Position numbers and translations under genes: made by a program. Of a DNA stretch of 35,498 nucleotides, positions 1 through 13,275 are shown piece by piece. Source of the stretch: Octopus sinensis (lineage: Eukaryota); assembly GCF_006345805.1 (NCBI RefSeq), contig NW_021828071.1, forward strand, positions 1 to 35,498, given 5' to 3'. Under the pieces are notes generated by a model, which was given only the letters and a program-made list of their open reading frames with translations, did not search any database and was not told the DNA's origin. Position 1 is the first letter of the stretch, and each line of letters begins with the position of its first letter.

Positions 1-130
1 AGCGCATTCAGTTTCATTCACTCCTCGCTACTCAATGTATGTCGCCGATTCGTTCCCTTGGGAAACAAAATGTCCGCATCGCATCGAGCGACCACTGCCT
101 GTAGCGAGAAGACGATTTGTCAGCTTCGTA
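1..130. promoter_or_regulatory. CpG-rich unique stretch, possible promoter or 5' exon
   Basis: 12 CpG dinucleotides in 130 bp against an AT-rich background; TCAGTT (Inr-like) at 8-13. No transcript evidence. Confidence 0.2.
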
Positions 131-139
131 CAATTATAT

Positions 140-162
140 GCATATATGTATATATATGTATG

Positions 163-202
<40 letters not shown>

Positions 203-446
203 TTATATATATATATATTCACACACAACATCCATACATGTGTATAGAAATATTCTAATGTCTATGTATGTATTTATGTATCTATTTAAAAGTATATGTG
301 CATGTATGCCTATATATGCATATATACAATTTCACATTTTTATATGCACATATTTAAACACATATATACAGACATATACATACATATGCATACATATATA
401 TATGTATGCACACACGAATAAATATACATGCACGTATTTATAACTA

Positions 447-479
<33 letters not shown>

Positions 480-659
480 ATTATATATACATATATATAC
501 GTATATATGTATGTATGCATGTGTATATATTTGCAGAATTATATATATGCATGTTCGCATATGTATATGTTGTTTTATGTTTTTAAATATTCGTATATAT
601 ATACTTATGTTTATATAAGTATATATATATATATATACATATATATACATACATTTATA

Positions 660-730
<71 letters not shown>

Positions 731-762
731 ATTATATATATATTATATTATAGATATATATA

Positions 763-793
<31 letters not shown>

Positions 794-955
794 ATACATA
801 TATATATATATAATACATATATATATATATACATATATATGTATGTATGGTCATATATATTAGTTTGTGCGTGTTTGCATGTATGTGTGTGTACATATAT
901 ATATATATATATATATACATACATATACATATATGCATACATACATATATATACA
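140..955. repeat. (TA)n-dominated compound microsatellite
   Basis: Long TA runs with CATA/TATG variants. Confidence 0.95.
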
Positions 956-1159
956 CAGTGACTTTTTTGTGTTTTTATGGTTTTATTTTAATTCTTTCTC
1001 TATACATATAACGTGATTAATTTTTACTTATTTTTCGTTGTAATTAATTTTCCTTAATTATACATTTTAAAATATTCTGTTTTGTTGTTGTCGTTGTTTT
1101 CGTTTCTCTTAATTTCTAAACCTTCATTTTATTTTTATTTATTTATTTATTTGCTCGCA

Positions 1160-1396
1160 AACGTCATCGTTTTTGTCATTATCGTCATCATCTTCATCAT
1201 CTTCATCATTATCATCATCATCATCATCATCAACGTTATTGACACCGTCATTATCATCACCATCATCATTTTTATCGTGATTGTCGTCCTTGTTTCCATC
1301 TTCCCCACCATTACCTTCATCATCTTTATCATCATCATCATCATCATCGTCATCGGCGTCATCGTCATCGTCACCGTCATTGTTACTATCATCATT

Positions 1397-1434
<38 letters not shown>

Positions 1435-1664
1435 ATTCATCACTACCTTCATTATCATCATCATCATCATCAATATCACCACCACATTCATCATCATCAT
1501 CGCCACCTTTATCGTCTTCATCTCATCACAGTTGTTGTCATGTATATTATTATCATTATTATTATTATTATTATTAATTCCTCTACGGTCAATTTTGCCT
1601 TTCATCACTTCAGGGTCGATAAAATAGATACCAGTTGGACACTGGGGTCAAAATTTTTGCAACC

Positions 1665-1711
<47 letters not shown>

Positions 1712-1927
1712 CATTATTATTATTATTATTAATATATAAAGCATTGAGGTAACTCCTCCTCAAGATATACAGTCAAAATTAAAAGAGTGCCATTGCTATC
1801 TAGAGAACGCTATTTCGACATCTTGTGTGTCTTCAACTGGTTCAAAAAATTAATTTGTCAAACTACTTCATTTTGGTTAATATATAAACGATTGAGGTAA
1901 CTCCTTCTGAAGATATCATTATCATTA

Positions 1928-1992
<65 letters not shown>

Positions 1993-2100
1993 AATAATAT
2001 TATCGTTATTATCATCATTATTATTATTATCATCATTATCATCATCATCATCCTCACCATCGTCATCATCATCATCATCATCATCGTCATCATCATCATA
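1160..2100. repeat. (TCA)n/(TTA)n compound microsatellite blocks
   Basis: catcat runs at about 1160-1550 and 2030-2100; ttatta runs at about 1550-1576, 1667-1730 and 1917-2030. Confidence 0.9.
1577..1665 (+). mobile_element. SINE family A, central fragment flanked by (TTA)n on both sides
   Basis: gcctttcatcacttcagggtcgataaaatagataccag...actggggtc matches the family A core seen in full copies (e.g. 33581-33808). Confidence 0.8.
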
Positions 2101-2576
2101 CAGTAGTTTTTACCTTTTAATGCATGATTTCTCTGCTGCACAAAATGAGTGCAACTTTATGTGCCTTGGCTATTCCTAGTGGTTTGTTTCTTGGTCCCAT
2201 ATATTTCTGCCGCTTTGAAAATAATCTATATAATATATATATGCAGTGCTTAGCAGTGCTATTTTCTGTACGTATATTTGTATATACTTTATAAGTCATG
2301 CTGTTTTGGTTATGTATTTGTCTGCAGCATTTTGTTACCATTTCGAAAAGAACATAATATTATAAAGGTTGTTTCTGTTTTTCAGATACCAATAATCTTG
2401 TTGTCTCTATATCCAGATATGCTTTTATTTGAATACAATGTCTTGTATATTTATTATTATTTCGTTTCTGTAGATTCGAACGTGAGTATGCTAATCCCTA
2501 TCCTTTTCTTCATAGGATTGCAAAGTGTCCTTTACGACGATAAGCTGTTATTAACATACTAGACGCATTGGTGCGA

Positions 2577-2650
2577 GGTATCCTGGGACACATGTTATCC
2601 TGGGACACAGGTTATCCTGGGACACTGGTTATTCTGGGACACAGGTTATT
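2577..2650. repeat. 17-bp minisatellite, about 4.3 copies
   Basis: Unit gttatcctgggacacag at 2594, 2611 and 2628 with partial flanking copies; no spacers. Confidence 0.9.
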
Positions 2651-2949
2651 ATTTCATGTTATGTCAAAGGTCCGATATTGCTTCTCGCTGACGAAACAAA
2701 TGTTAAAATACCGCTGTCTCAGAATCCCTTGCACCAATAAGTTGAGTGTACTGTAAACACGTTGTCGTCGTAAAGGAGACAGCGTTTTCTTGTGACGAAC
2801 ACAACAGCAATTATCATATAACATGTTCGTATCTGCCGGAAGGAATTAAAAATAGATATCAAAGTCATAGTCTTGAATCACACAATTCACCAAATATATA
2901 TGTCGATTTATTTATATTTGAAGAATTTCTCCAATTGTCTGTGTGATAT

Positions 2950-3110
2950 ATTTAGGCTGATAATTCGATCGGGAGGTATTTATTGCCTATCACGGTGGTC
3001 CTTGACAACAATATCCCCACGATTAATTTTAATGTCCCTGTCATGTAGATTGGCATATCCTAGAGAATGGTTTTCTTTCTTCCTTTCGGAATTATTAAAA
3101 GAAAATATCA
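2950..3110 (-). mobile_element. Degenerate REL-endonuclease fragment of a non-LTR retrotransposon
   Basis: Minus strand with one frameshift reads TIL*DMPIY/DRDIKINRGDIVVKDHRDR, homologous to TILWDFPVHTDRTIKANKPDIVVKD of ORF 21950-22447. Confidence 0.65.
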
Positions 3111-3171
3111 GTCAAGTACTGGGGTGGATATCACAAAAAAATCACTGATATTGTACCTAAATCAAAAACTG

Positions 3172-3219
3172 CTATTATTATCATTATTATTATTGTTATT
3201 ATTATTATTATATTATTAC

Positions 3220-3270
<51 letters not shown>

Positions 3271-3295
3271 GACTGTTGTTGTTGTTGTTGTTGTT
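3172..3295. repeat. (TTA)n(TTG)n microsatellite
   Basis: Direct reading. Confidence 0.95.
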
Positions 3296-3299
3296 ACCA

Positions 3300-3828
3300 G
3301 ACAAACTGCTTAGTACCTTTTCATCCGACATTTTGCTCAGAATTCAAATTCCGCCGAGGTCGACATTGTTTTTCATCCTCTCGGGGTTGATAAAATAAGT
3401 ACCAATTGAGCACTGTGGTCGATGTAATCAACTTCTCCCCTCCTAAAAAAACTATTGGCCTTGCACCAAAATTTGAGACCATTATAATCATTATTTGCTA
3501 TTGTTGTTGTTATTGTTATTGTTTCAAAGCGGTGATCTGGCAGAATAGTTTGTGCGTCGGACAAAACGCTAAGCAGCATTTCCTTTATGGTATATCCTTT
3601 CAAGATCGATAAAATAAGTATTAATTGAGCTTTGAGATCGATGTAACAGATTAACCCATCCCCTCACCGCACCAGATTGCTGGCCTTGTGCCAAAATTTG
3701 AAACCATTGTTATTATTGCTGTCGCATAAAAACCTTGTGGTGTTTGATCTGACACTTTATGATCTGAGCTCAACTTCTGCTTAGGTTGACTTTGCCTTTC
3801 ACCCTTCCGGGTATCATTCAAGTACCAA
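3300..3828 (+). mobile_element. Three consecutive family A SINE copies (about 3300-3483, 3526-3712, 3735-3828)
   Basis: Each carries parts of the head (ctggcagaat, ttcaaattcc), the core (tttcatcc...gataaaataagt) and the tail (ggccttgtgccaaaattt). Confidence 0.8.
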
Positions 3829-4124
3829 GCATCCTGTCTCGAAGCGAAGGGAAATTCTCTCTCGTCTACTTCACATCTTAACATCAGACCTAATTACTGA
3901 CCCTCAAAAACTTCCTAAATGCTTAAAACAGACATTTAGATTTAAGAATAAATTTACAGCACAATCTACAAAGCAGCTAAGTCTACCTCTTATAAGACTC
4001 CACTGCATTAAAAGCGAACGGGCACATTTAAGACTGAAGTCCTTGACATAAAAAAATGATAGGATGACCACGATCGAAGCTCCTTTCACTCTAGGTCTGC
4101 ACAATCAGGCAACTGTAACCAATT

Positions 4125-4625
<501 letters not shown>

Positions 4626-5149
4626 TATAACCAACAACAGTTATAAAAAATAATGGGCGATCATTAGTAGAAATAGTTGAGCAACGAATGAAACGCCGAA
4701 CGGTATTTAATAAACCCCTATGCAAACCTATCCCCGAGGACAGCATTTTATCATTCTGATATTCCCCTAAACAGATATAAAACAATCTTGCATGGAGCAT
4801 AATTTATTACACATCATTATCACCTTACATTGATTTAAAGTTAACACGATTAAAATCAACATTAAGGAAAATAAATCTTGCTAATATTGCGAGGATTAAC
4901 GAATTTTTATTCAAACTAAAAATTTACCCGCTGGAATCCTAAAATTTCTCTCCGAAATTCTGAAATTTTCCAACAGATGGGTGAATAAAGTTTAGTCAGA
5001 TTTGTGTGCCGTGTCTTGTAGTACTATTTTCTTTTATGTTCTGTATATTTTGTAATTCCTGGTGTTTTGGTTTGTCTCTCTTGGAAATTTGGCTTTGTTT
5101 ATCTTGGAGCTTTTGTTTGTCAGAGAACTGTGGAAATCAGAATCGACAG

Positions 5150-5605
5150 AGCGACGATAAAATGTTTTACTCTGTTTAGATACAGATTTTTAAGTTCTGA
5201 GCTCATTTTCCATCGAGGTTAACTTTGCTCTTCATCCTTCTGAGATCGATAAAAATAAGTAACTGTAAAATAAGCAGGTCCCTCTAATCAACTAATCCCT
5301 CTCCCAAAATGTATGGCGTTTTGCCCATGTTAAACATCAATGTTTACTCAGAGAAGACTATGAATGCGAGCCCTGAGTTCGAGCTCTGAGTTCAAATTCT
5401 ACAATTTGAGACAATGAATATCAGAATGCGAACCCTGAGTTCAAATTCTACGTTCTAGGTTCGAATTCTGTCGAGGCCTACTTTTGCTGTTCATCCTTGC
5501 AGAACCAATACGACAAAATACCAGTTTGGTACTACAGTCAATGTAATCGACTATATCCCTCCCCCAAGTCTGAGGTTTTGTGCTTGTAAAAGAAACTAAT
5601 ATTTA
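5150..5605 (+). mobile_element. Two degenerate family A SINEs; the second has a multiplied B-box
   Basis: Core ttcatcc motifs near 5230 and 5490; ctgagttcaaattc-like motif four times in 5373-5468. Confidence 0.7.
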
Positions 5606-5807
5606 GAGAATAGCTGATATTATGACAGGTAGAACGACAAATTAAAGGCCTTGTGGTATTTACTTAGACCCCTTTCATTTCAAAGTTCCATTCCTGCCAA
5701 AGTCATATACTCTCTCGTTCATCCGTCCAATGTCACTAAACTAAGCGTCAGTCAAATACTGCTAACGGCTGGGGAAGTAAGTGTTTCACTCAATATTAAA
5801 TTAATTA

Positions 5808-5996
5808 AAGGCGACGAGCTGGCAGAATCATTAGTGCATTTTGTCCGTCTGCACGTTCTGAGTTCAAATTCTGGCGAGGTCGACTTTACCTTTCATCCTT
5901 TCGGGATCCATAAACTAAGGAGCAGTTGAGCATTGGAGTCGATGTGATCGACATACCACTCCCCCGAAATTACTCGCCATGTGCCAAAATTGGAAA
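5808..5996 (+). mobile_element. Near-full family A SINE with probable TSD
   Basis: A-box tggcagaatc, B-box gagttcaaattc, core and tail; tcaatattaaat(t/g)aatta at 5790-5807 and 5997-6014. Confidence 0.85.
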
Positions 5997-6029
5997 TCAA
6001 TATTAAATGAATTAAGTCACAGTATTGTT

Positions 6030-6280
6030 GAAGGGTTAAGAAGCTTGCTTCTCTATCTCGAAGTCTCAGGTTCGATCCCACTGGGAAATATTTTATGTAA
6101 GCATCCTTTACTATAGTCGCGGATCGACCCAAACCTTGTAAATGAAACTGAACTGAAGGAAACTGAAGGAAAATTTGTCAAATGAATTTAATCTAATTCA
6201 AGAGTCCAGCCTTGTCACATGCTGCGCCATGCTGAGGATCATGCTATGGATATACATGTCTGTGGACTACTCAACCACTA
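6030..6280 (+). mobile_element. Degenerate chimeric SINE: family B head plus family C body
   Basis: aagaagcttgct...caggttcgatcccact...ctatagt...ggaaactga (B head) followed by ccagccttgtcaca...gtctgtggactactcaaccact (C body, compare 28000-28100 minus strand). Confidence 0.6.
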
Positions 6281-6494
6281 TTGTGAATCAATAGTTCAGT
6301 TAATCGAACAACTGAACAACTAGCGTTAGAGCTGACACAGATCCATTTACTAAATCCATGACTAGAGGGTTTTCAGTATTATAAACCTCTCTATCTTTAC
6401 CATTCCTGAGTAAAAAAAAATCTCTATAATGACAACTTCGTCTTTCATTACTCTGAGAGCGATAAAAATGTTGGAAGAGTTAGTTATTGTTGCA

Positions 6495-6733
6495 GTCACC
6501 CATGCATACCAGCCTCCCCTATCCACACCACCAGTATTATCCAAGGGAAAGGGGAAAGGCAGATACGGCTTGGCACCAGTAACGTCGCAACTCATTTCTA
6601 CAGCTAGAAACTGGAGCTACGTGAAATAAAGTGTGTTTCTCAAGACCACAACTCGCAACCCGGTCCGGAATTCGAACTCACAACCACACGGTCATAAGCT
6701 CGACGCTCTAACCACTGAGCCATGCGCCTTCAC
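6495..6733 (-). mobile_element. Family C tRNA-derived SINE with a distinct 3' module
   Basis: Minus strand gtgaaggcgcatggctcagtggttagagcg...gagttcgaattcc (A and B boxes), then ttgagaaacacactttatttcacgtagctccag. Confidence 0.8.
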
Positions 6734-6784
<51 letters not shown>

Positions 6785-6827
6785 CATATATATATATACA
6801 TATATATATATACATACATATATATAT

Positions 6828-6870
<43 letters not shown>

Positions 6871-7222
6871 GTATATATATATTATATATATATGTGTATA
6901 TATATATATGTATATATATATATGTATATATATATATGTATATATATATATATGTATATATATGTATATGTATATATGTATATGTATATATGTATATGTA
7001 TATATGTATATGTATATATGTATATGTATATATGTATATGTATATATGTATATGTATATATGTATATGTATATTGTATATATATATATGTACTATATATA
7101 TGTATATATATATATATTATATATATGTATATATATGTATATATGTATATAGTATATGTATATATGTATATATATATATATATATTTATACACACAACAT
7201 ATACATATATATATACATATAT
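6734..7222. repeat. (TA)n/(TATATG)n compound microsatellite
   Basis: Direct reading. Confidence 0.95.
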
Positions 7223-7698
7223 AATAATCTTTGAATGGAATTTATACATCGGTACGAGCGTTTCCACAAATCACATGTCCTTTAAGATTATAGTCTGTAT
7301 TCCTCGGTGCGATCCCAAAAACTGGTATTGCCAGTTGACATTATTAGGCTGTAGCCGGCATTATTAGGCTGAGCGCTGGTCTAGATACGTAATAACATAA
7401 CATGCTCACCTGTACTTAACTCTTAATTTTCATGCGGATGTCATCTCTGAGATATTCATTTCAGTCAACTTTGCATTTCACGCTTTCGAAGTCCATAAAG
7501 CGAATTACCTTGATGAGATTCGATTTCATTATGCAAAGAACCGTAATTAAATACCCCATGGCAGTTTGTTCGACGCTCTAACGATTTTGTTGAGACACCA
7601 CCTTATGAGTAGATAATTGTTTCTTATATACGCACAAGGGCAGCAATTTTGAAAGGAAAGAAATAGTTGCTTACATCGACCCTAAAATTTCACAAAAT

Positions 7699-7897
7699 GG
7701 CGGTGGACTGGCAGAATCGTTAGCACATCGGACAAAATGCCTAGTGACATTTCTTCTGGTTCTTTAAGTTCTGAGTTCAAATGCCGCCAAGCTCAACTTT
7801 ATCTTTCATCACTTCAGAGTCAATAAAATAAGGTACCAGCCAAGTATTGGAGGTCGATGTAATCGACTTGTTCCTCCCTTCAAAATTGCTGGCCATA
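7699..7897 (+). mobile_element. Family A SINE
   Basis: ggcggtggactggcagaatcgttagcac...gttctgagttcaaatgccgcc...tttcatcacttcagagtcaataaaataaggtaccag. Confidence 0.85.
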
Positions 7898-7999
7898 GAC
7901 CCTGCAACAGACCTGGGTCCCATTTAGGAATAATTTTGTGATCTCGGACATGTCACTGGCCTTATGAGGCCTAGGGCTCAGAAAAACTTTTTAAATAAA

Positions 8000-8315
8000 A
8001 ATGAAAGGTAAAGTACCGGGATTTGAACTCAGAGCGTCAAAGGCCGGAACAAATTCCGACAGGCATCTCTACCAATTTTGTCAAACCTCTGCATTTACAA
8101 CAACAACGACAACAATAGCTATTTCTAATTCTGGTCTGAAGCCAACATCTTTGATGGGAAAGAGTTTGTCCATTTCAGTGTCCCCAGTGCTTGGCAGGCA
8201 CATTATTTTATTGAAGCCCTAAAGAATGAAAGGCAAAGTTGACCTCGGCGGGGTTTGAACCCAGAGCGGGAAGAAGGCAATCAAATACCGCAAGACATTT
8301 TCTGCCAATCCACTG
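8000..8315 (-). mobile_element. Two degenerate family A SINE fragments
   Basis: atgaaaggtaaagt...atttgaactcagag at 8000-8035 and atgaaaggcaaagttgacctcggcgg at 8225-8255. Confidence 0.7.
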
Positions 8316-8344
8316 TTATCTATATAATAAAAAACAAAGATAAT

Positions 8345-8592
8345 GATCCGTCCCGGATCATATAGACTCACGGAGCCAGTTTCTTGGTTTCTATGTCGTG
8401 TGTACATACCCCACCTGGACAGGACGCCGATCAGTGGCAAAATTGCTCATTTTTGCCACCTGAGTGGAATGAAACAGTGTGAAATGAAGTGTTTTGCTCA
8501 AGAAAACAACAACACGTCACTCGGTCCAGGAATCGAAACCACAACCTTATGATCATGAGTCCAACACTCTAACCACTAAGCCACGCACTTCC
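8345..8592 (-). mobile_element. Family C-head SINE with a V-domain-like 3' module
   Basis: tRNA-like head (ggcttagtggttagagtg...gtttcgattcc) then gatcggcgtcctgtccagg, which resembles the V-SINE domain motif as I recall it. Confidence 0.65.
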
Positions 8593-8621
8593 ATACTGCT
8601 ACCCATAAATAAGTAATAACT

Positions 8622-8830
8622 GTTTTTAACATAGGCACTAGGCCACAAATTTGTGGATAAGGAAAGTTTTGATTGTACTGACTCTAATATGTGATTGGTA
8701 CTTTATTTAGTCGATCCTGGGAGGATAAAATATAAAGGCGACGTCGACGAGATTTGAATGTACGATAGAAGGTAAATAAACATGACTAAATACCACAAGG
8801 TATTGATTCCGGTACTCTAATGCTTCCACC
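8622..8830 (-). mobile_element. Degenerate family A SINE
   Basis: taggcactaggcc tail, ggtactttatttagtcgatcc core, gagatttgaa B-box remnant. Confidence 0.6.
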
Positions 8831-8899
8831 AATGAACCATCTTGGAAATTGACAGTATTAAATAACAGCAACAACGTAAAACAATGCAATAACTATTTG

Positions 8900-9117
8900 T
8901 GTGCCTTCGATATTGCGAGCAAAGAAACTGAAAAGTGCTTGGAAACAAAAAAAAAAATGAAAATAAAGAACATTCAGAAAATGGCATTATTTGGTAGTGC
9001 AAGGAAGCTCTGCCAAGCCCTCGAGACTTGAAAACAACATATGACCTTACTTTTCGAGATGTGAACAGCTGTGACGTTAATGGCACCACCTCCAGCAACA
9101 AGCTGAGTATGTAAGAG
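8900..9117 (+). mobile_element. Extreme 3' end of an R4/Dong-like LINE followed by (TAA)n
   Basis: AFDIASKETEKCLE...IQKMALFGSARKLCQALET* parallels LQKTALLG...LRKVLEK* at about 14270-14331; 3' UTR shares acctta...gtgaacagctg...ctccagc...aagctg with 14340-14402. Confidence 0.75.
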
Positions 9118-9139
9118 ATAATAATAATAATAATAATAA

Positions 9140-9170
<31 letters not shown>

Positions 9171-9240
9171 AAGAAGAAGAAAGAAGAAGAAGAAGAGAAG
9201 AAGAAGAATCTTTCAACACACGACTATGATGCTCCCCGAC

Positions 9241-9309
<69 letters not shown>
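9118..9309. repeat. (TAA)n(GAA)n(TAA)n microsatellite with a 32-bp non-repeat island at 9209-9240
   Basis: Direct reading. Confidence 0.9.
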
Positions 9310-9310
<1 letters not shown>

Positions 9311-9490
9311 CTTTTTTACTATAGGCACAAGGCCTGAAGTTTTGGGGATGAGGACTAGTCGATTACATCGACCTCAGTGTTTCATTGGTACTTAATTTAT
9401 CGACCCGGAAAGGATGAAAGACGAAGTCAACCTCGACGGAATTTGAATTCAGAACTTAGCGTGCTAACGACACTGCCAGCTTGGTGCCTT
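9310..9490 (-). mobile_element. Family A SINE, internally deleted, between TAA tracts
   Basis: Reverse complement of tail, core, B-box and A-box all present. Confidence 0.85.
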
Positions 9491-9508
9491 GATAATAATA
9501 ATAATGAC

Positions 9509-9556
<48 letters not shown>

Positions 9557-9571
9557 TAATAATAATAATAA

Positions 9572-10753
<1,182 letters not shown>

Positions 10754-10969
10754 TCCTTTCTACTAGAGGCACAAGGCCTGAAATTTTAGGGAGGGGGGAC
10801 CAGTCAATTAGATCGACCCCAGTACGCAAATGGTACTTAATTTATCGACCCCGAAAGGATGAAAGGCAAAGACGACCTCGGCGGAATTTGAAATCAGAAC
10901 ATAGCGACGGGCGAAATACTGCTAAGCATTTCGTCCAGCGCGCTAACGATTCTGTCAGCTCACCGCCTT
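10754..10969 (-). mobile_element. Full-length family A SINE between TAA tracts
   Basis: Complete head, core and tail on the minus strand. Confidence 0.9.
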
Positions 10970-10989
10970 GATAATAATAGTAATAATAA

Positions 10990-11376
10990 TTACTCTTTAC
11001 TCTTTTACTCTTTTACTTGTTTCAGTCATTTGACAGTGACCATGCATGAGCACCGCCTTTAGTCAAGCAAATCGACCCCCAGGACTTATTATTTATAAGC
11101 CTAGTACTTATTCTATCGGTCTCTTTTGCCGAACACACCAGCATCGGTTGTCAAGCGATGTTGGGAGGACAAACACAGATACACAAACACACACACATAT
11201 ATACATATATACGACGGGCTTCTTTCAGTTTCTGTCTACCAGATACACTCACAAGGCTTTGGTCGGCTCGAGTCTATAGTAGAGGACACTTGCCCAAGGT
11301 GCCACGATGTGGGCCTGAACCCGGAACCATGCGGTTGGTAAGCAAGCTACTTACCACACAGTCACTCCTGCGCCTA
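10990..11376 (-). mobile_element. Full-length family B SINE (tRNA head, CORE-like ccttgggcaagt, internal microsatellite, (GAGTAAAA)n tail)
   Basis: Collinear with copies at 19778, 24791, 28791, 31453 and 34916. Confidence 0.9.
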
Positions 11377-11378
11377 TC

Positions 11379-11426
<48 letters not shown>

Positions 11427-12804
11427 TAATATCTATAATGACATAGCCACTTGGCCTCATTAATAAAAAAGAACATAAATCATTAGATTAATAATCGCTG
11501 TCAAGTATTTAATATTTAGTTTTGCCACCATAATATATTACTGAGTATATTAAAGGTTTACAAGTCAATACTCTGTGTTAGCAGTGCGATATTCTCACTT
11601 TAAATTTTATCTCTATAGATATTCTGGCAATCTAGAAATTCTGTACAGATAAACCTAAAAGCATTAGATTAATACAAGCACTTGAAAAAGCGGTGTATTA
11701 AATACTAGTACGTATAACATTTATAATGTATGTACAACCCTTGAATGGCACCAGCTGTAAGATCTTGCTTATGTGAAAATTTTCTGAGATACCTGTATCT
11801 TGAAAAGCACAAAACAAGTTCATCACCAAGCATTGTGTTTCAACCTGATTTGTTTTCCTCAGTGACGAATACCCTACATGTTCTGAGCTAAGCCGAAAAT
11901 GTTTGTTCCGACCTAGAAATCAGTAAACAAAATCTTTATTGATCTATGCAAAAAGCTGCCCAAGCTAGAATTAAATTACTATACGCAGATGAAACATTCT
12001 TTGATTAAAATGCCTTTCTGTATAACATAAATAATGCATATATAAGTATGGAATGACAATAGCTGTAGTATATTGTCCGAGAGAAACTTCTCAAAGAGAC
12101 TTAAAACAGTACTAATAGTAATAAGCATTATTTGCTCAAGGTCACATATGACGATTGAATGAAAAGCCTTCAGTTGAATGGAGCATATTTAATGGATCTC
12201 GTGCGCCCACTGTTTGAATAAGTAATTTATCAAAGGGAGATAATTTCAAATTTGCTTGATGTTTATTGTTTTCTTAAAACGCGACCAAATTTTACGACTC
12301 TCGGCTCTTCGGAGTTTTCTCTGAAGAGACGAAAATCATAATAGCAGGTCATGTAAGAAATCAAATATTTGCATCACTGATATAGTTTCTAAGCGGTGTC
12401 TCGATAGTTGTGTCAGAAATTATAGGCAAATTTTCCTTGCATGGAAATGACATATCAGATAATTTAATCCTAGATGGATTATGCAGAATAAAATTACGAA
12501 GTGCCTACTGCTGGAAAATGTTTGATTAAATATTTGCTCGTTATGATTTGACTTTAGGTTCGCTTTACATTTTGAAATATTTATGGCAAGTAATAAAAAC
12601 ACCTCGCCTTATATCCTACATAAAGAACCTCTATCATTCAAGATGCTTCTTCACATTACGCGCAGACCCGCTCACGATTTTTGCGTTCTGACGGTAATGG
12701 TTGCAACAACACTGAGGCCAAGCTATGGCGGCCCAAGTCAGCGACACTTCTCTTGGATAACCATCGCTGACGAGGAGAAGGAAGACTGCTAGTCTTATAA
12801 AAAT

Positions 12805-13007
12805 AATGATGGTTTCTAATTTTGGCTCAAGGCCCTCAGTTTTGGGGGAACAGTAAGTCGATTGAATCGACCCCAGTACGCAACGGGTATTTAATTTATC
12901 GAATCCAAAATGATGAAAGGCAAAGTCGACCTCAGAAAGTAAGGACAGACGAAATGCCACTAAGCATTTTTACTAGTGCGGTAACTATTCTGCCAGCTCG
13001 CCGCCTT
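12805..13007 (-). mobile_element. Family A SINE
   Basis: Tail, core and head on the minus strand ending ccagctcgccgcctt. Confidence 0.85.
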
Positions 13008-13037
13008 AACAACAACAACAACAACAACAACACAACA

Positions 13038-13087
<50 letters not shown>

Positions 13088-13104
13088 CGCATGGACGGTA
13101 GACG

Positions 13105-13140
<36 letters not shown>

Positions 13141-13185
13141 TAATGATAATAATAATAATAATAATAATCGCATGGACGGTAGACG

Positions 13186-13220
<35 letters not shown>

Positions 13221-13228
13221 TAATAATA

Positions 13229-13272
<44 letters not shown>

Positions 13273-13275
13273 TAA
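13008..13275. repeat. (CAA)/(TAA)n tract carrying two 19-bp copies of the adjacent LINE 5' end
   Basis: tcgcatggacggtagacga at 13087-13105 and 13168-13186. Confidence 0.9.

Noticed and set aside
28-956. Many Ile/Tyr-rich ORFs here and at 6692-7367, 15716-16115, 17281-17927, 25983-26498 and 34178-34905
   Set aside because: Translations of TA/CATA microsatellites, which lack stop codons in some frames; no coding signal.
1082-1627. 181-aa hydrophobic ORF resembling a membrane protein, and the antisense poly-Met ORF
   Set aside because: Entirely (TCA)n/(TTA)n repeat.
2577-2650. CRISPR-like regular repeat
   Set aside because: Units are contiguous with no spacers, the context is eukaryotic and no cas genes are present.
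9209-9240. 32-bp island between (GAA)n and (TAA)n
   Set aside because: Too short to classify; most likely a scrap of a dispersed repeat.
12600-12790. Possible highly decayed RTE reverse-transcriptase fragment on the minus strand
   Set aside because: Resemblance needs several stops and shifts and cannot be supported without a profile search.
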